Counted from the first letter of the whole stretch, positions 39,631 to 53,496 are shown. The stretch: 62,943 nucleotides of DNA, filler included, from Octopus bimaculoides (GCF_001194135.2; 3 parts of 3 records of this genome joined end to end with filler, not necessarily neighbours in it), one strand, 5' to 3'. Translations and numbers: made by a program. The notes: generated from the letters alone by a model not told the origin.

Positions 39631-39674
<44 letters not shown>

Positions 39675-42600
39675 GTTTAGCCCCTTGTGGGCAATAAAGA
39701 AATAAGAATCGTTAGCAAACCGGACAAAATGCTTAGCGGCATTTGGTCCGTCTTTACGTTCTGAGGTTCAAATATTCCTATATATATATATATANNNNNN
39801 NNNNNNNNNNNNNNNNNNNNNNNNNNNNNNNNNNNNNNNNNNNNNNNNNNNNNNNNNNNNNNNNNNNNNNNNNNNNNNNNNNNNNNNNNNNNNNNNNNNN
39901 NNNNNNNNNNNNNNNNNNNNNNNNNNNNNNNNNNNNNNNNNNNNNNNNNNNNNNNNNNNNNNNNNNNNNNNNNNNNNNNNNNNNNNNNNNNNNNNNNNNN
40001 NNNNNNNNNNNNNNNNNNNNNNNNNNNNNNNNNNNNNNNNNNNNNNNNNNNNNNNNNNNNNNNNNNNNNNNNNNNNNNNNNNNNNNNNNNNNNNNNNNNN
40101 NNNNNNNNNNNNNNATGTCCCCATAACCTAGCAGTTTGCCAAAAGACACCGATAAGTACCAGACTTTTAAAACAAAATAAGTACTGGGGTCAATTCATTG
40201 GACTGAAAATTTTTCAAGGCGATGCTCCAGCGTGGTCGTAATCTAATGACTGAAACAAGTAGAAGAATAAAAGATAAATAATAACGCTGTTAAATTTCTT
40301 ACTAAAATTATTGATGCTGGATGCTAAGCTACAAAGCACGTTTCTGCTTGTCTGAATGTCATAGTAGAGGATTTCCTCTTCAAAGTGTAATATATATCTT
40401 TTAGTTGTTTCGTTTTTTTTTCTTTTTATATCTTTTTTGTACTTAGAAATGTCTGGACAAATAGTGAGCGAAGTAAATAGATGCATGTACGGAGGTGTGG
40501 ACCAGAAGTTCGCTTCTTCGTTAACAAGAATCGGGTTTGATCGCGCAGCGTGGCTCTTTGATTTTTCCAGTGATGTAGTTTGTGTGAGTGAGTGTGTATG
40601 TGCGCATGAGCATGTGCTTGTCCATGTTTAAGTGCTTGTGTGTACGTGTGTGTATGTGTGTGTGTGTACGTGTAAATCGATCCTTGAGTGTCGCACTTCA
40701 CTTTCACTTTTGTCGTTACTTCAGATTAATAAAAATTGAGTGAAATGTTGAACTCGAGGATCGACTATGCTTGAAAGACTCTCTGAATAGCATGCCTAAG
40801 AAAAAAGAAAAACTACCCTCTTTTACTCACTTTTTTTTTTTAATTGTTTCAGCCATTTGACTGCGGCCATGCTGGAGCACCGCCTTTAGTCGAGCAAATC
40901 GACCCCAGGATTTATTNNNNNNNNNNNNNNNNNNNNNNNNNNNNNNNNNNNNNNNNNNNNNNNNNNNNNNNNNNNNNNNNNNNNNNNNNNNNNNNNNNNN
41001 NNNNNNNNNNNNNNNNNNNNNNNNNNNNNNNNNNNNNNNNNNNNNNNNNNNNNNNNNNNNNNNNNNNNNNNNNNNNNNNNNNNNNNNNNNNNNNNNNNNN
41101 NNNNNNNNNNNNNNNNNNNNNNNNNNNNNNNNNNNNNNNNNNNNNNNNNNNNNNNNNNNNNNNNNNNNNNNNNNNNNNNNNNNNNNNNNNNNNNNNNNNN
41201 NNNNNNNNNNNNNNNNNNNNNNNNNNNNNNNNNNNNNNNNNNNNNNNNNNNNNNNNNNNNNNNNNNNNNNNNNNNNNNNNNNNNNNNNNTTTTTTAGCAA
41301 TGCTGCCCACCTGATGAGGAACCATGTTGCATGTCACCTGCTTCCCGAAAAAGGTTCCCATGGCCATTCTACCAGCTATTTCTTGATATATATAGGAATA
41401 TACGAAGCCCAATACACCCAGGTAAAGCAATAATTATGCCAAATCCAGAAGACATCTGACTGATTGATAAGCAAATAGCGACTACCTAGCAGCATCATTG
41501 CAGAAGCACAACGCGTTGCCGGGAATTGAACTCATGATCTTACGATCGTGAGCCGAATGCCCTAACCACTAAGCCACTCACCTTTACACACACACGCACA
41601 CACACACACACACACAGACACACACACATATATATATATAAAAAGGGGGTTGGGGTGGTGTATGTATGTATGTGCATGTTTGTGAGTAAATGTATGTATG
41701 TGTGAGATTTTGTCTTAGTATACGTTTGTTGGGTGGATACGTTTTTGTGTAGGCTAGGTACCCTATGAAGGGTGGGGAGGCATGTTTGCATTCGATTGAG
41801 GAAAGGCATGTTCAACATTTTAAAAATAACTCACAAAATCTGTTTAAAAGTTTCCAAAGTATATTCAATGTTTTATCTTCGTATTTTCCGTGAACTATTA
41901 CTTTCTAACAAGTGCTGATATATTGAAGCAAGAAGACAATTAGAATATTTTTATTATATATTTTTTAATTCGTAGCTAATTAATAAATTTGATTCTTTGG
42001 GCCACTGCTTGTCTCTGCAACGCTTGGAGTTGTCCGTGCCCGTCCTTCGCTTGTTTATTACATATCCTCCAAATTAAATTTCAATATGGAGCGGATAGGG
42101 AGCATGGATATATATGAGGTTTCTTATGTACCTTTAGGATGAAGTTAGCAATTTTTGAAATTTTGTTGAATATGCTGCTCCTTCGAACGCGTGAATGATA
42201 TGTCTGCAGTGTGTGTGTGATAACTTGGTACTCTAGTTGGAGACCTCTGGCGTATATTGTGAATACACATAGAAGCGCATAACTTTTGGAAGCTTTCATT
42301 TCCTTTTGGTACTCTAGTTGGAGACCTCTGGCGTATATTGTGAATACACATAGAAGCGCATAACTTTTGGAAACTTTCATTTCCTTTTCCTGTTATAAGA
42401 GCTTTCGTGTCTATATAAAAAATAAATTAGCTTTATTTAGAGTTTATCAAATTTTGCTTAAGAAAAATTCGCCTTTAATGTTTCTTTCCAGGTTCTAAAA
42501 GATGAGGATATTCGGGAACTACGTACGGGTCGATATTTATTGGTTATACAATTCATATCCCAAAGTTTTGTTATTGAAGCTATGTTTGAAATGAAAATGA

Positions 42601-42986
42601 CAGTAGCCCATGGGGCAAAAAGTATCATGCTGTATTAAGTGACTTCTCTTTAGATACTGAATTCAGATCCAACCTGGAACAAAAATTAAAAGTACCAGTA
42701 ATATACTCTGTCGACATGACTCTGTTGCAACAACTCCACATCTAACCTCAGTACGTGTAATCTTATGTCGTGGTCTATGTTCATTCCAGAATAGAATCCA
42801 GTTGGAGATTTTTTTCAAGTGAAATAACTGTTGTTCATTAATTCAAGGTAGATTAGTCTCCACTTTTAGTCCCTTTGACCTAGCCAACTCCCGTTCTACT
42901 GTTATCCCCTCTAACATCTCTGAGGTAATGGAAGCAGCTATTAACAATGATGTTCTCCAACGGTGTGAACCGTTCTTTTCCCCGCT

Positions 42987-43028
<42 letters not shown>

Positions 43029-43679
43029 NNNNNNNNNNNNNNNNNNNNNNNNNNNNNNNNNNNNNNNNNNNNNNNNNNNNNNNNNNNNNNNNNNNNNNNN
43101 NNNNNNNNNNNNNNNNNNNNNNNNNNNNNNNNNNNNNNNNNNNNNNNNNNNNNNNNNNNNNNNNNNNNNNNNNNNNNNNNNNNNNNNNNNNNNNNNNNNN
43201 NNNNNNNNNNNNNNNNNNNNNNNNNNNNNNNNNNNNNNNNNNNNNNNNNNNNNNNNNNNNNNNNNNNNNNNNNNNNNNNNNNNNNNNNNNNNNNNNNNNN
43301 NNNNNNNNNNNNNNNNNNNNNNNNNNNNNNNNNNNNNNNNNNNNNNNNNNNNNNNNNNNNNNNNNNNNNNNNNNNNNNNNNNNNNNNNNNNNNNNNNNNN
43401 NNNNNNNNNNNNNNNNNNNNNNNNNNNNNNNNNNNNNNNNNNNNNNNNNNNNNNNNNNNNNNNNNNNNNNNNNNNNNNNNNNNNNNNNNNNNNNNNNNNN
43501 NNNNNNNNNNNNNNNNNNNNNNNNNNNNNNNNNNNNNNNNNNNNNNNNNNNNNNNNNNNNNNNNNNNNNNNNNNNNNNNNNNNNNNNNNNNNNNNNNNNN
43601 NNNNNNNNNNNNNNNNNNNNNNNNNNNNNNNNNNNNNNNNNNNNNNNNNNNNNNNNNNNNNNNNNNNNNNNNNNNNNNN

Positions 43680-44805
43680 AAAGGAGACGTTGAGATCATC
43701 CTTCATTGGAGCCATACCAACCTTTTCTCACTTAACAGCAAAACAAATTCAGCCACTGCTCGTATCAAAAAGCAACATCTTGCCGCACTATGAAGACCTG
43801 GTATAATGGCATTTGTTCCTCTAATGATTACTCTTGAACCTGCCTCACAGAAAATACCATGTCCATTGTTCCTTACTCAGGTCTGAAACCACATTGTTCT
43901 TCGGGAATCACATGTGGACACACATTCTCAACAAGACGATCTAACATGATCCTTGAAAGTATCTTCCCGTTATGTGCCAGGAGAGTTATCCCTCTAGAAT
44001 TACCATACACTGCTTTCGGGCCCTTACCCTTGTATACAGAGATTAGAATTCCATTTATCCATTCTTGTGGCACAGATTCATTCCAAACTCAAGTTATCAG
44101 GTTATGAATTTCATATGAAATATGATCCCCACCTGCTTTCAGAATTTCAACTGGAATACCATCCAATCCAGGAGCTTTACTTGATCCCAGTTTACATAAT
44201 GCCAGATTTACTTCTTCAACGGAAGGTGTATCTTTTATGTGTTTCACTATCTCTCTTTACGGAATGTTGTTTATGATATCCATGTTTACTACAGAAGGAT
44301 TGTGGAAAAGATCTGCAAAGTGTTCTCTCCATCTGTTCATTATTCCAGGAGGATCTTTAATAACCTCCTTTCCATCTTTTGATTTCAAGGGAACATACGA
44401 TGATGAAGATTGCGGTCCAAAAGCTTGCCGCAATAAACTATTGAAACTTTTAATGTCTTTCCTGTCATAGGCTGCCTGTACTTCCTCAGACAAACTTCTC
44501 CACCAAGTGTCTTTAAGCCTCCTGAGTTCTTTTTGCAAGTCTGCTTTCTGAGACTTTCACAACTTTTCTAGTTGCACGTCGTCCTTAACGTTTGGGTCAA
44601 GGAGCTTTTCATGAGTGAACCTCTTTGTTGCTATCATTGGAATCAAACCAGTCTCGATGTTGTCTCCTCTTGAAACCTAACACCTCTGATCCCATTTTAT
44701 ATATTCCATCACGGAAAGATTGCCATGAACCTTCAAAATGAACATTGTTGCATCTCTTCTGAGATAACTGCAAAACTTGTGGTTGTTTTAACTGCTCTCC
44801 ATCAA
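43680..44805 (-). mobile_element. RTE-clade LINE fragment (linker and reverse transcriptase N-terminal part), decayed
   Basis: RWREHFADLFH; MPQEWINGILISVYKGKG..NSRGITLLAHNGKILSRIMLDRL..PEEQCGFRPE; bounded by gaps on both sides. Confidence 0.88.
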
Positions 44806-44905
44806 NNNNNNNNNNNNNNNNNNNNNNNNNNNNNNNNNNNNNNNNNNNNTTAATTAATTAANNNNNNNNNNNNNNNNNNNNNNNNNNNNNNNNNNNNNNN
44901 NNNNN
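44806..44905. other. Artificial 100-bp scaffold spacer (44 N + TTAATTAATTAA + 44 N)
   Basis: Same layout as 14260-14359. Confidence 0.9.
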
Positions 44906-44940
<35 letters not shown>

Positions 44941-46324
44941 TCTTTTATTCTTTTATATGTTTCAGTCCAATGACTGTGGCCATGCTGGAGCACCGCCATT
45001 GTGATCATCTTTCCACTTTCCACCTTTGTCGGAGCGACTTCTGGTGAAGGATGGAGTTCGATGTTACTGCCCTCTTTTAGTAGCATTTGAACCCGGCATG
45101 TCAGATAGAATACCCTAGGCTACTCGCTCTGATGCTTCTGCCATTTTGCTACCTTGCTTCACAGGTGGCCCTTACAAGATGGATGTCTATCAAAAGGTTC
45201 ATTCATTTACTCTTTGCTTTGCCTTTCATCCTTTCGGGGTCGATAAATTAAGTACCAGTTTCATACTGGGGGTTGATCTAATCGACTGCCTACACCCCCA
45301 CCTCCCCCAAAATTTCAGGCTTTGTGCCTAGAATAGAAAAGAATGATTGAATTTAACAGTTTTCGCTTAGTCAGCAGTGACAGCCAATTTCCTGATCAAT
45401 GAATCCTGTGCATGGTTTCCATGGTTTTCTTTTCTTTTTCATAACCGTTTTCTTTTCTATCATTTTCTAATTCTTTCTAAATCTTAGTCTGAACAGATGT
45501 TGTCAGAATATCATCATCATTGACCTCGGTGGAATCTGAACTCAGAACATGAAGATGGATGAAATACCACAAGGCATTNNNNNNNNNNNNNNNNNNNNNN
45601 NNNNNNNNNNNNNNNNNNNNNNNNNNNNNNNNNNNNNNNNNNNNNNNNNNNNNNNNNNNNNNNNNNNNNNNNNNNNNNNNNNNNNNNNNNNNNNNNNNNN
45701 NNNNNNNNNNNNNNNNNNNNNNNNNNNNNNNNNNNNNNNNNNNNNNNNNNNNNNNNNNNNNNNNNNNNNNNNNNNNNNNNNNNNNNNNNNNNNNNNNNNN
45801 NNNNNNNNNNNNNNNNNNNNNNNNNNNNNNNNNNNNNNNNNNNNNNNNNNNNNNNNNNNNNNNNNNNNNNNNNNNNNNNNNNNNNNNNNNNNNNNNNNNN
45901 NNNNNNNNNNNNNNNNNNNNNNNNNNNNNNNNNNNNNNNNNNNNNNNNNNNNNNNNNNNNNNNNNNNNNNNNNNNNNNNNNNNNNNNNNNNNNNNNNNNN
46001 NNNNNNNNNNNNNNNNNNNNNNNNNNNNNNNNNNNNNNNNNNNNNNNNNNNNNNNNNNNNNNNNNNNNNNNNNNNNNNNNNNNNNNNNNNNNNNNNNNNN
46101 NNNNNNNNNNNNNNNNNAAGAGATACCACCACGCTGAAAAATAGCAGTCAAATTCTGACTCTAAAACCACAATAAATGTCCACATAGTACAAGGAGCGAA
46201 GACGAAGACAATCTCTTAGATACCCTGTATTATAATTTTAAATAATTATTACCTTTGATGGTTTTTATTCCCATGCTGGCCACTTGATAAGATCAATATT
46301 TTAAATATCGATCTTATCCTTATT

Positions 46325-46368
<44 letters not shown>

Positions 46369-46579
46369 GAGAGAGAGAGAGAGAAGGAGAAATAGATTGG
46401 TAGATAGAGAGAGAGAGAAAGGTAAGTAAACTGATAGATTGGGAGAAAGAGAAAGTGAATGTATCTCTAAATGTGTGAAAGTGGTGAGAACTAAATTTGT
46501 CAAAATTACCATCTTTCATCCGTGAGACTGCAAGTTCCCTCACATGGTTTTAAGCAGAAAATTGTCTAGAAATAATGTA

Positions 46580-46623
<44 letters not shown>

Positions 46624-46627
46624 CATA

Positions 46628-47008
46628 GGCGCAGGAGTGGCTGTGTGGTAAGTAGCTTGCTTACCAACCACATCGTTCTGAGTTCAGTCCTACTGTGTGG
46701 CACCTTGGGCACGTGTCTTCTACTATAGCCTCGGGCCAACCGAAGCCTTGTAAGTGGATTTGGTAAATGGGAACTGAAAGAAGCCCATCATATATATGTG
46801 TGTGTGTTTGCGTGTGTCTATGTTTGTCCCCCCACCGTCGCTTGACAACCGATGTTGATGTGTTTATATCCCCATAACATAGCGGTTCGGCAAAAGAGAC
46901 TGATAGAATTAGTACTAGGCTTACAAAGAATAAGTCCTGGGGTCAATTTGTTTCACTAAAGGTGGTGATCCAGCATGGCCGTAATCAAATGACTGACACA
47001 TATAAAAG
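46628..47008 (+). mobile_element. Full-length composite SINE (family 1)
   Basis: tRNA-like head ggagtggctgtgtggtaag...gttcagtcc; ccttgggca central motif; internal (TA/TG)n; conserved 3' block. Confidence 0.9.
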
Positions 47009-47009
47009 G

Positions 47010-47057
<48 letters not shown>

Positions 47058-47059
47058 CA

Positions 47060-47230
47060 TTTTGCCATGATAGATTGCTAGCCACTACGCATTCTTTATT
47101 TTCTCTCCTTGTTTCTTTCTGTGGAAGAGCGTAGACTCGAAACGTTAAAGACTTTTTCAATTCCCAAGCGTTAAACTAATGCATCTGTTTGTTGTCTACA
47201 CCACCTGTCTTCGTTTTTTGTTTTTTTGTG
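47060..47230 (+). mobile_element. Penelope-like terminal remnant carrying a hammerhead-like motif (47112-47152)
   Basis: TCTTT-CTGTGGA-a-GAG cgtaga CTC-GAAA-CG-TT-AAAGA; shares sequence with 37981-38045. Confidence 0.5.
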
Positions 47231-47238
47231 AATTCTCC

Positions 47239-47271
<33 letters not shown>

Positions 47272-47875
47272 AAACATAATAACATATATATATAGATAGA
47301 TAGATACAAATTAAAAGGGTAAAGGATTATCAATTTATTAATTAATAAATCAATTAATAATTAATAATTTTTACCAAGCCCATCGGTATGAAAGCACCAT
47401 TATTGGTGGAGAACTTATTTAAAAGCTCATATATATTTATAAACATAATTAAGGGATCAGCTGCTATTTCTGAACTTCGGTATATGGTGAAGCAAATATT
47501 TGCTGATCCCTTAATTATGTTTATGTTTATAAATATATATATAGATAGATAGATAGATTCATACATACATTCATACATACATACATACATACATACATAC
47601 ATACAAACATACAGGTTTAGCCAAAAGTCTTCAAACAGTAAATCAAAATTCCATAAATACTTAATATTCAATTTAATTTATTCATTCCAATTATGAATGT
47701 TTATTAATTGAACGCTGTGAGTTAAATTCACTGTTTTTGTTTTTCCAACATTTGTCAATTTATTAGTGAAGTCTCATAAAATAATTTTTTGTTTTAATCT
47801 TGGAATTAAATGGTTTTGATTTACTGTCCGGTGACTAACCCTGTATACATATACATACATACATATATATATATG

Positions 47876-48030
47876 GCGTTAGGAAGGGCATCCAGCTGTA
47901 GAAACTCTGCCAAATTTAGATTGGAACCTGGTATTGCCATCCGGTTTCACCAGTCCTCAGTCAAATCGTCCAACCCATGCTAGCATGGAAAGCAGACGTT
48001 AAACGACGACGATGATGATGATGATGATAT
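47876..48030 (+). mobile_element. 3' tail of an abundant RTE-type LINE ending in (GAT)n
   Basis: The block caacccatgctagcatggaaagcagacgttaaacgacg is the reverse complement of the tail at 52180-52235. Confidence 0.7.
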
Positions 48031-48574
48031 ATATATATATAAATTGAATAAATAGTCAACAATTTTTATTTTTTACACACGATGAATGCCTAAACCTTGA
48101 CTTGAAATACTACCAGCTATTTGGTAATTCTAAGGGTGAACGAGATCTATTTTCTACTCTAATTCGTTCCTAACGGAATGCACTTTAAATTATATATATA
48201 TATACATACATACATAGACACACACACACACACATATATGTACATACATACATATATATATATTTATATATTATATACATACATACATAAATANNNNNNN
48301 NNNNNNNNNNNNNNNNNNNNNNNNNNNNNNNNNNNNNNNNNNNNNNNNNNNNNNNNNNNNNNNNNNNNNNNNNNNNNNNNNNNNNNNNNNNNNNNNNNNN
48401 NNNNNNNNNNNNNNNNNNNNNNNNNNNNNNNNNNNNNNNNNNNNNNNNNNNNNNNNNNNNNNNNNNNNNNNNNNNNNNNNNNNNNNNNNNNNNNNNNNNN
48501 NNNNNNNAAACTTGGGGTAGCATGGAAACCAAATCAAACTGTTTTAGATAATATACATATATGTATGTATGTAT

Positions 48575-49030
48575 GTTGGATTGGACACCTTATTAGAATG
48601 ACGGATACCAGGATCCCTAAGCAGATGCTACATGGGGAACTTGTGAATGGAAAGAGACCCTGGCAGAATCCAAGGCTGCGATTTAAGGACTGTGTCAAGT
48701 CCTCATTAAAGGCCTGTGATATGCAGGACACTGACTGGGAGAACAATGCCTGTCATCGCCACAGATGGAGGAAGCAGGTTAAGGGGGGGGGGTGACACTT
48801 TTGAGAGAGCACATTCTGCATGAAGAATTTAAGCGTGCTGCCCGAAAGCACACTGCGCGTGTAGTGATTGGGGAAAGCTTGGTTTGGAATGTTTGCAGTT
48901 GTGTATGCTTGTCAAGAGCAGGGCTCATTAGCCACCAATGGAGCTGCAAATACAAAATATAAGTTAGTCCTAGAGCGCACAATGTTCCTGAAGGTCAGCA
49001 ATGGTCTTCATCGGTGACGAAATGCTGCTA
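48575..49030 (+). mobile_element. RTE-clade LINE ORF 3' end
   Basis: WIGHLIRMTDTRIPKQMLHGELVNGKRP..NPRLRFKDCVKSSLKAC, then a C-terminal C..C.CLSRAGLISH motif after a frameshift. Confidence 0.85.
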
Positions 49031-49415
49031 TGCATTTTGTCGAACAAAGCTAACGAGTCAACCAGGCTTGCTGACTTACAATGCACTAATAACAACGGTT
49101 TCAAATTTTGGCACAAGTCCAGCAGTGTTTTTTTTGGTGGGGGGCGATTATCAATTACATCAACCTTTGTGCTCAACTGGTACTTATTGTACTCCGAAGG
49201 GATAAAAGGCAGAGTCGACCTCGGCTGAATTTGAACTCAGACTGTAGTGACGGGCATAATACTGCTAAGCACTTCCACCCACTATGGATCCTTTCAGAGT
49301 CCATAAATTAAGTACCAGTTGAGCATTAGGGTCTATGCAAATGTCGTAAGTGTCTTTCTACTATCATAGTTGTACGTTGATGTTAGTGGAGAATAAAAAT
49401 AATGTATCATGGTAG

Positions 49416-50137
49416 ACTGAAACTGAAAGAAGCCCGTCGTATATGTGTGTGTGTTTGTGTGTTTATGTGTCTTTGTTTTCCCCCCACCATCGCTTGACAA
49501 CCGATGTTGGTGTGTTTACGTCCCCGTAACTTAGCGGTTCGGCAAAAGAAACCGATAGAATAAGTACTGGGCTTACAAAGGATAAGCCCTGGGGTCGATT
49601 TGTTCGACTAAAGGTGGTGCTCCAGCATGGCCGCAGTCAAATGCCTGAAACAAATAAAAGAATAAAAGAATATATTTATATATATAATATAGATATATAT
49701 ATTATATATGTAAAATATATACAATATATACATAATATAATTTTAGGAGTGGCTGTGTGGTAAGTAGCTTGCTTACCAACCACATGGTCCTGGGTTCAGT
49801 CCCACTGCGTGGCATCTTGGGCAAGTGTCTTCTATTATAGCCTCGGGCCGACCAAAGCCTTGTGAGTGGATATGGTAGACGGAAACTGAAAGAAGCCCGT
49901 CGTATATATGTATATATATATGCATGTGTGTGTGTGTTTGTGTGTCTGTCTTTGTCCCCCCAACATCGCTTGACAACCGATGCTGGTGTGTTTATGTCCC
50001 CGTAACTTAGCGGTTCGGCAAAAGAGACCGATAGAATAAGTACTAGGCTTCCAAAGAATAAGTCCTGGGGTCGATTTGCTCGACTAAAGGTGGTGTTCCA
50101 GCATGGCCACAGTCAAAAGACTGAAACAAGTAAAAGA
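49416..50137 (+). mobile_element. Two tandem family-1 SINEs (3' half 49416-49670; full copy 49746-50137)
   Basis: Colinear with 46628-47008. Confidence 0.88.
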
Positions 50138-50147
50138 GTATGTGTGG

Positions 50148-50214
<67 letters not shown>

Positions 50215-50289
50215 TGATTGTATGTGCGTATATTGTCTGTTAGAAGAGGCATTAAAGAGAAAGAGAGCATTTCTAAAGAGTCGAAATTT

Positions 50290-50461
50290 CCCTCTATCTT
50301 GGACTGCTGCTAAGCTTGTGTTGTTTTCGGCGTGTGTCTGCTGGTGACTGTATAAATAAATGTGTGCGCGTGCGCGTTCGTGTGCGTATATATAGGGAGA
50401 GCGAGTGAGTGGTGTCAGAGCGGCGGCTGCTGTAGTCAAACGTTAGCAGCATTTCAGCAAA
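50290..50461 (+). promoter_or_regulatory. Putative deltex promoter / 5' UTR
   Basis: Locally CpG-rich stretch; TATAAATA at 50351; caaaATGG start context at 50462. Confidence 0.45.
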
Positions 50462-50666
50462 ATGGCTGCCCCTGGCTCCATGGATATGATTGTCGTGTGG
50501 GAATGGTTTATGCAAGGGGTTTGGCGACCCTACGATCCACTCATTACGAATTTTATCGAGAAGTACAGAGCGATCAACAGCCGTATAAACCTCGGTGCTG
50601 TAGATCAAAAGTTAGTTATGTACGACATAGATTTCGTCACCCAAACACAAGTACGGCACGGTACAG
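50462..50666 (+). CDS. DTX: Deltex E3 ubiquitin ligase, exon 1 (WWE domain 1)
   Basis: IVVWEWFMQGVWRPYD...YDIDFVTQTQVRHGT matches the Deltex WWE-A pattern; donor AG|GTAAAC, phase 1. Confidence 0.92.
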
Positions 50667-52179
50667 GTAAACAAAAATTTCCTAATTTGCTGTCAATGGT
50701 TTGCATTTTGTTTTGTTTTGCCCACAGCTAATTACTACAGTTTCCTTTACGCGAACGTATAGCACGAAGAACTACACACCTGCCGCGTAGAATATTTCTG
50801 TTGACGATAAACAGGGAGATGGTGAATATTATCTCGTGTTTAAATTATCATAAATATTATAGTAGTGAAGAATTTTCGGTAATGTCCATTGTCTGAAGAC
50901 ATCCCGGTGCCACCAATTTCCCCCTTGTTTTATTGTCCAGCTTCCTGTATTGTTTTGGTCGTTCGTCTTACACGCTGCCCTTTAAAAAAATACGGTGTTG
51001 GCTTAGCTTATGTATTTGTTTTTAAACCATTTTAATATAGGAGAGAAGAGAGTTTTACCAAAATTATATTTAATATATTCTCAACATACATACAAACGAA
51101 CAATATTATATATATATATATATATATATAGATATAGATATAGATAGATAGATAGATAGATAGATATGTATTATTGGTCACTGAGAAGAAGGGTTAAAGC
51201 TGGTGTCGAAAAACTCGAAGTTACTCCCAATTGTTTCTGTTATATTATTTAATATATTCTTTATGTACAAATAAACATTTTCTAAATGTTGGTCACCGAG
51301 GGAAGATTAATACTGGTGTCAACTCGGAGTAAAACCCAATTCGCTTATACATTTAATATTATTCTCAACATACAAATGAATATTATGTATATATTTAGTC
51401 ACCAGGAAGAAGTAAGTCTGATGTCAAGTGAAAATAACACCCAGTTGTACTCTGTAAACCCAGACACAAACGTCAGATTTGCCCACCGTTTCAAAGAGTG
51501 AAAAAAAAAACAAAAAAAATTAGGAACTGCTTTAATCAATTTTCGATCCTTACTGACGTTTTATCAGAGGTGCCTATATCATTTGACCAATCCCAAACAA
51601 AAAAAAAAGGTGCCATTCTATTTATATACATATCTAAACTAGTAGCCTCAGAGAACTGGTGGTTACTCATATGCATGCTGTTAATGTTTTAACATTTCAT
51701 TAAAGGCCTTTCAACAGAGAACCCAATACAGACATTATCAAGGTGTGATATAGTAAATGGAAACCTACATAGTAGACTTACAAACATGTCAGTTCTTACC
51801 TATCTCCATACATTGAAAAAAAAAACTGAACAGCCTTAATTGGTTTTTGGCCTTTAGGGGTCGGCGGTGCTCCAGCATGGCCACAGTCAAAAATTACTGG
51901 AACAAGTAAAAGAATACAAATGAACAGTATTCTTTACATATTGATTACTAAGAAGAAGGATGGAGACTGATGTCAAATACCTTAGTGTAACTCCCAATTG
52001 CTTCTGTGCGAAACCCCGATAAATCTTAGAATCTAGGTTTATTTGGAAGACATCATATCCTGTCTTTTATTGATAATTCTATCTTATTGTTTCAGAAAGT
52101 ATCTCTGTCCCTTGTTGTTTTAGAAAGTTTCTCTATTCCTTTTTCTGCTTCAATGCATTTGTTTTACATATGTCATTGT

Positions 52180-53215
52180 TGTCATCATCATCGTCGTTTA
52201 ACGTCCGCTTTCCATGCTGGCGTGGGTTGGATGGTTTGACTCCGAGAGTGTAGTGGGTGCTTTAACATGCCACCGGCATGAGGGCCAGTCAGGCAGTACT
52301 GGCATCGACCACACTCAAATGGTGCTTTTTACATGCCACCTGCACAGGAGCCAGTTAGGCAAAGCTCGCAACAACCACGCTCGAATGGTGCTTTTTACGT
52401 GCCACCGGCACAGGAGCCACTCAGGCGGTACTGGCAACGATCATGCTTGAACGATTTCACTTGCCTTATCATGTCTTTGCAAGCAAAGATTATTGCCCAA
52501 TGTTTGAAGGGTACTCATAAATGGGCTGGTTATGCAGCACTGGCATAGACCACGGTATATGGTCTCACTTGGCTTTCTGGGTCTGCTCAAGCACAGCATA
52601 TATCCAAAGGTCTCGGTCACTTGTCATTGCTTTGGAGAGAGACCCAATGTTTGAAGGTCGTGCTTCACCACCTCATCCCAGGTCTTCTTGGGTCTACCTC
52701 TTCCACAGGTTCCCTCAACTGCTAGGGTGTGACACTTTTTCACACAGCTGTCCTCATCCATTCACAACACATGACCATACCAGTCGTCTCTCTTGCACAC
52801 CACATCTGATGCTTCTTATGTCCAACTTTTCTCTCAGGGTGCTTACTGTCATGTATACACTCTGACATTACACATCCAGCGAAGCATACTGGTTTCATTT
52901 CTTGCAAGCTTACACATGTCCTCAGCAGTTGCTGCCCATGTTTCACTGCCATGTAGCATGGCTGTTCACACACATGCGTCATACAGTCTACTTTTTACTC
53001 TGAGCGAGAGGCCTTTGTCACCAGCAGAGGTAGGAGCTCTCTGAACTTTGCCCAGGCTATTCTTATTCTAGCAGCTACACTTTCAGAACATCCACCCCTG
53101 CTACTAATTTGGTCACCTAGGTAACGGAAGCTATCAACTACTTGAAGTTTTTCCGCTTGGAATGTGACGGAAGCTGTTCTCTGCACATTTCAGTGTTTAT
53201 TGCTCCTGAGCATTT
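52180..53215 (-). mobile_element. RTE-clade LINE 3' fragment in deltex intron 1
   Basis: VDSFRYLGDQI..GGCSESVAARIRIAWAKFRELLPLL; then TAMLHGSETWA after a frameshift; 3' UTR and (GAT)n-like tail. Confidence 0.85.
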
Positions 53216-53496
53216 GGACTATGGAACCTGGCCTTGCCAGTTCCTGTCTAGCCATCCAACTCATTCCAGCATGGAAAACCGACATTAAATGTTGATGTTA
53301 ATAATCATGATACATATAAAACAAATATTACCTGTTTTCCATGCTGGCATGGGTTAGACGATTTAAATAAATGATAATATTAAAAAAAAAAAAAATTAAA
53401 AAAAACAGTAAAAATTTTATCACAATGTATTTTTTATTATCTAAAATTTTTTTTTTTGTTTTTTTTTTTGTTTTTTTTTGTTTTTTTATTCTTCAG

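Noticed and set aside
41311-41360. CTGATGA...CGAAA hammerhead-like motif
   Set aside because: Stem I cannot form and stem III is not palindromic; at best a heavily decayed relic
46628-46700. tRNA-like A/B boxes (several places)
   Set aside because: Heads of SINEs continuing into shared SINE bodies; no full cloverleaf
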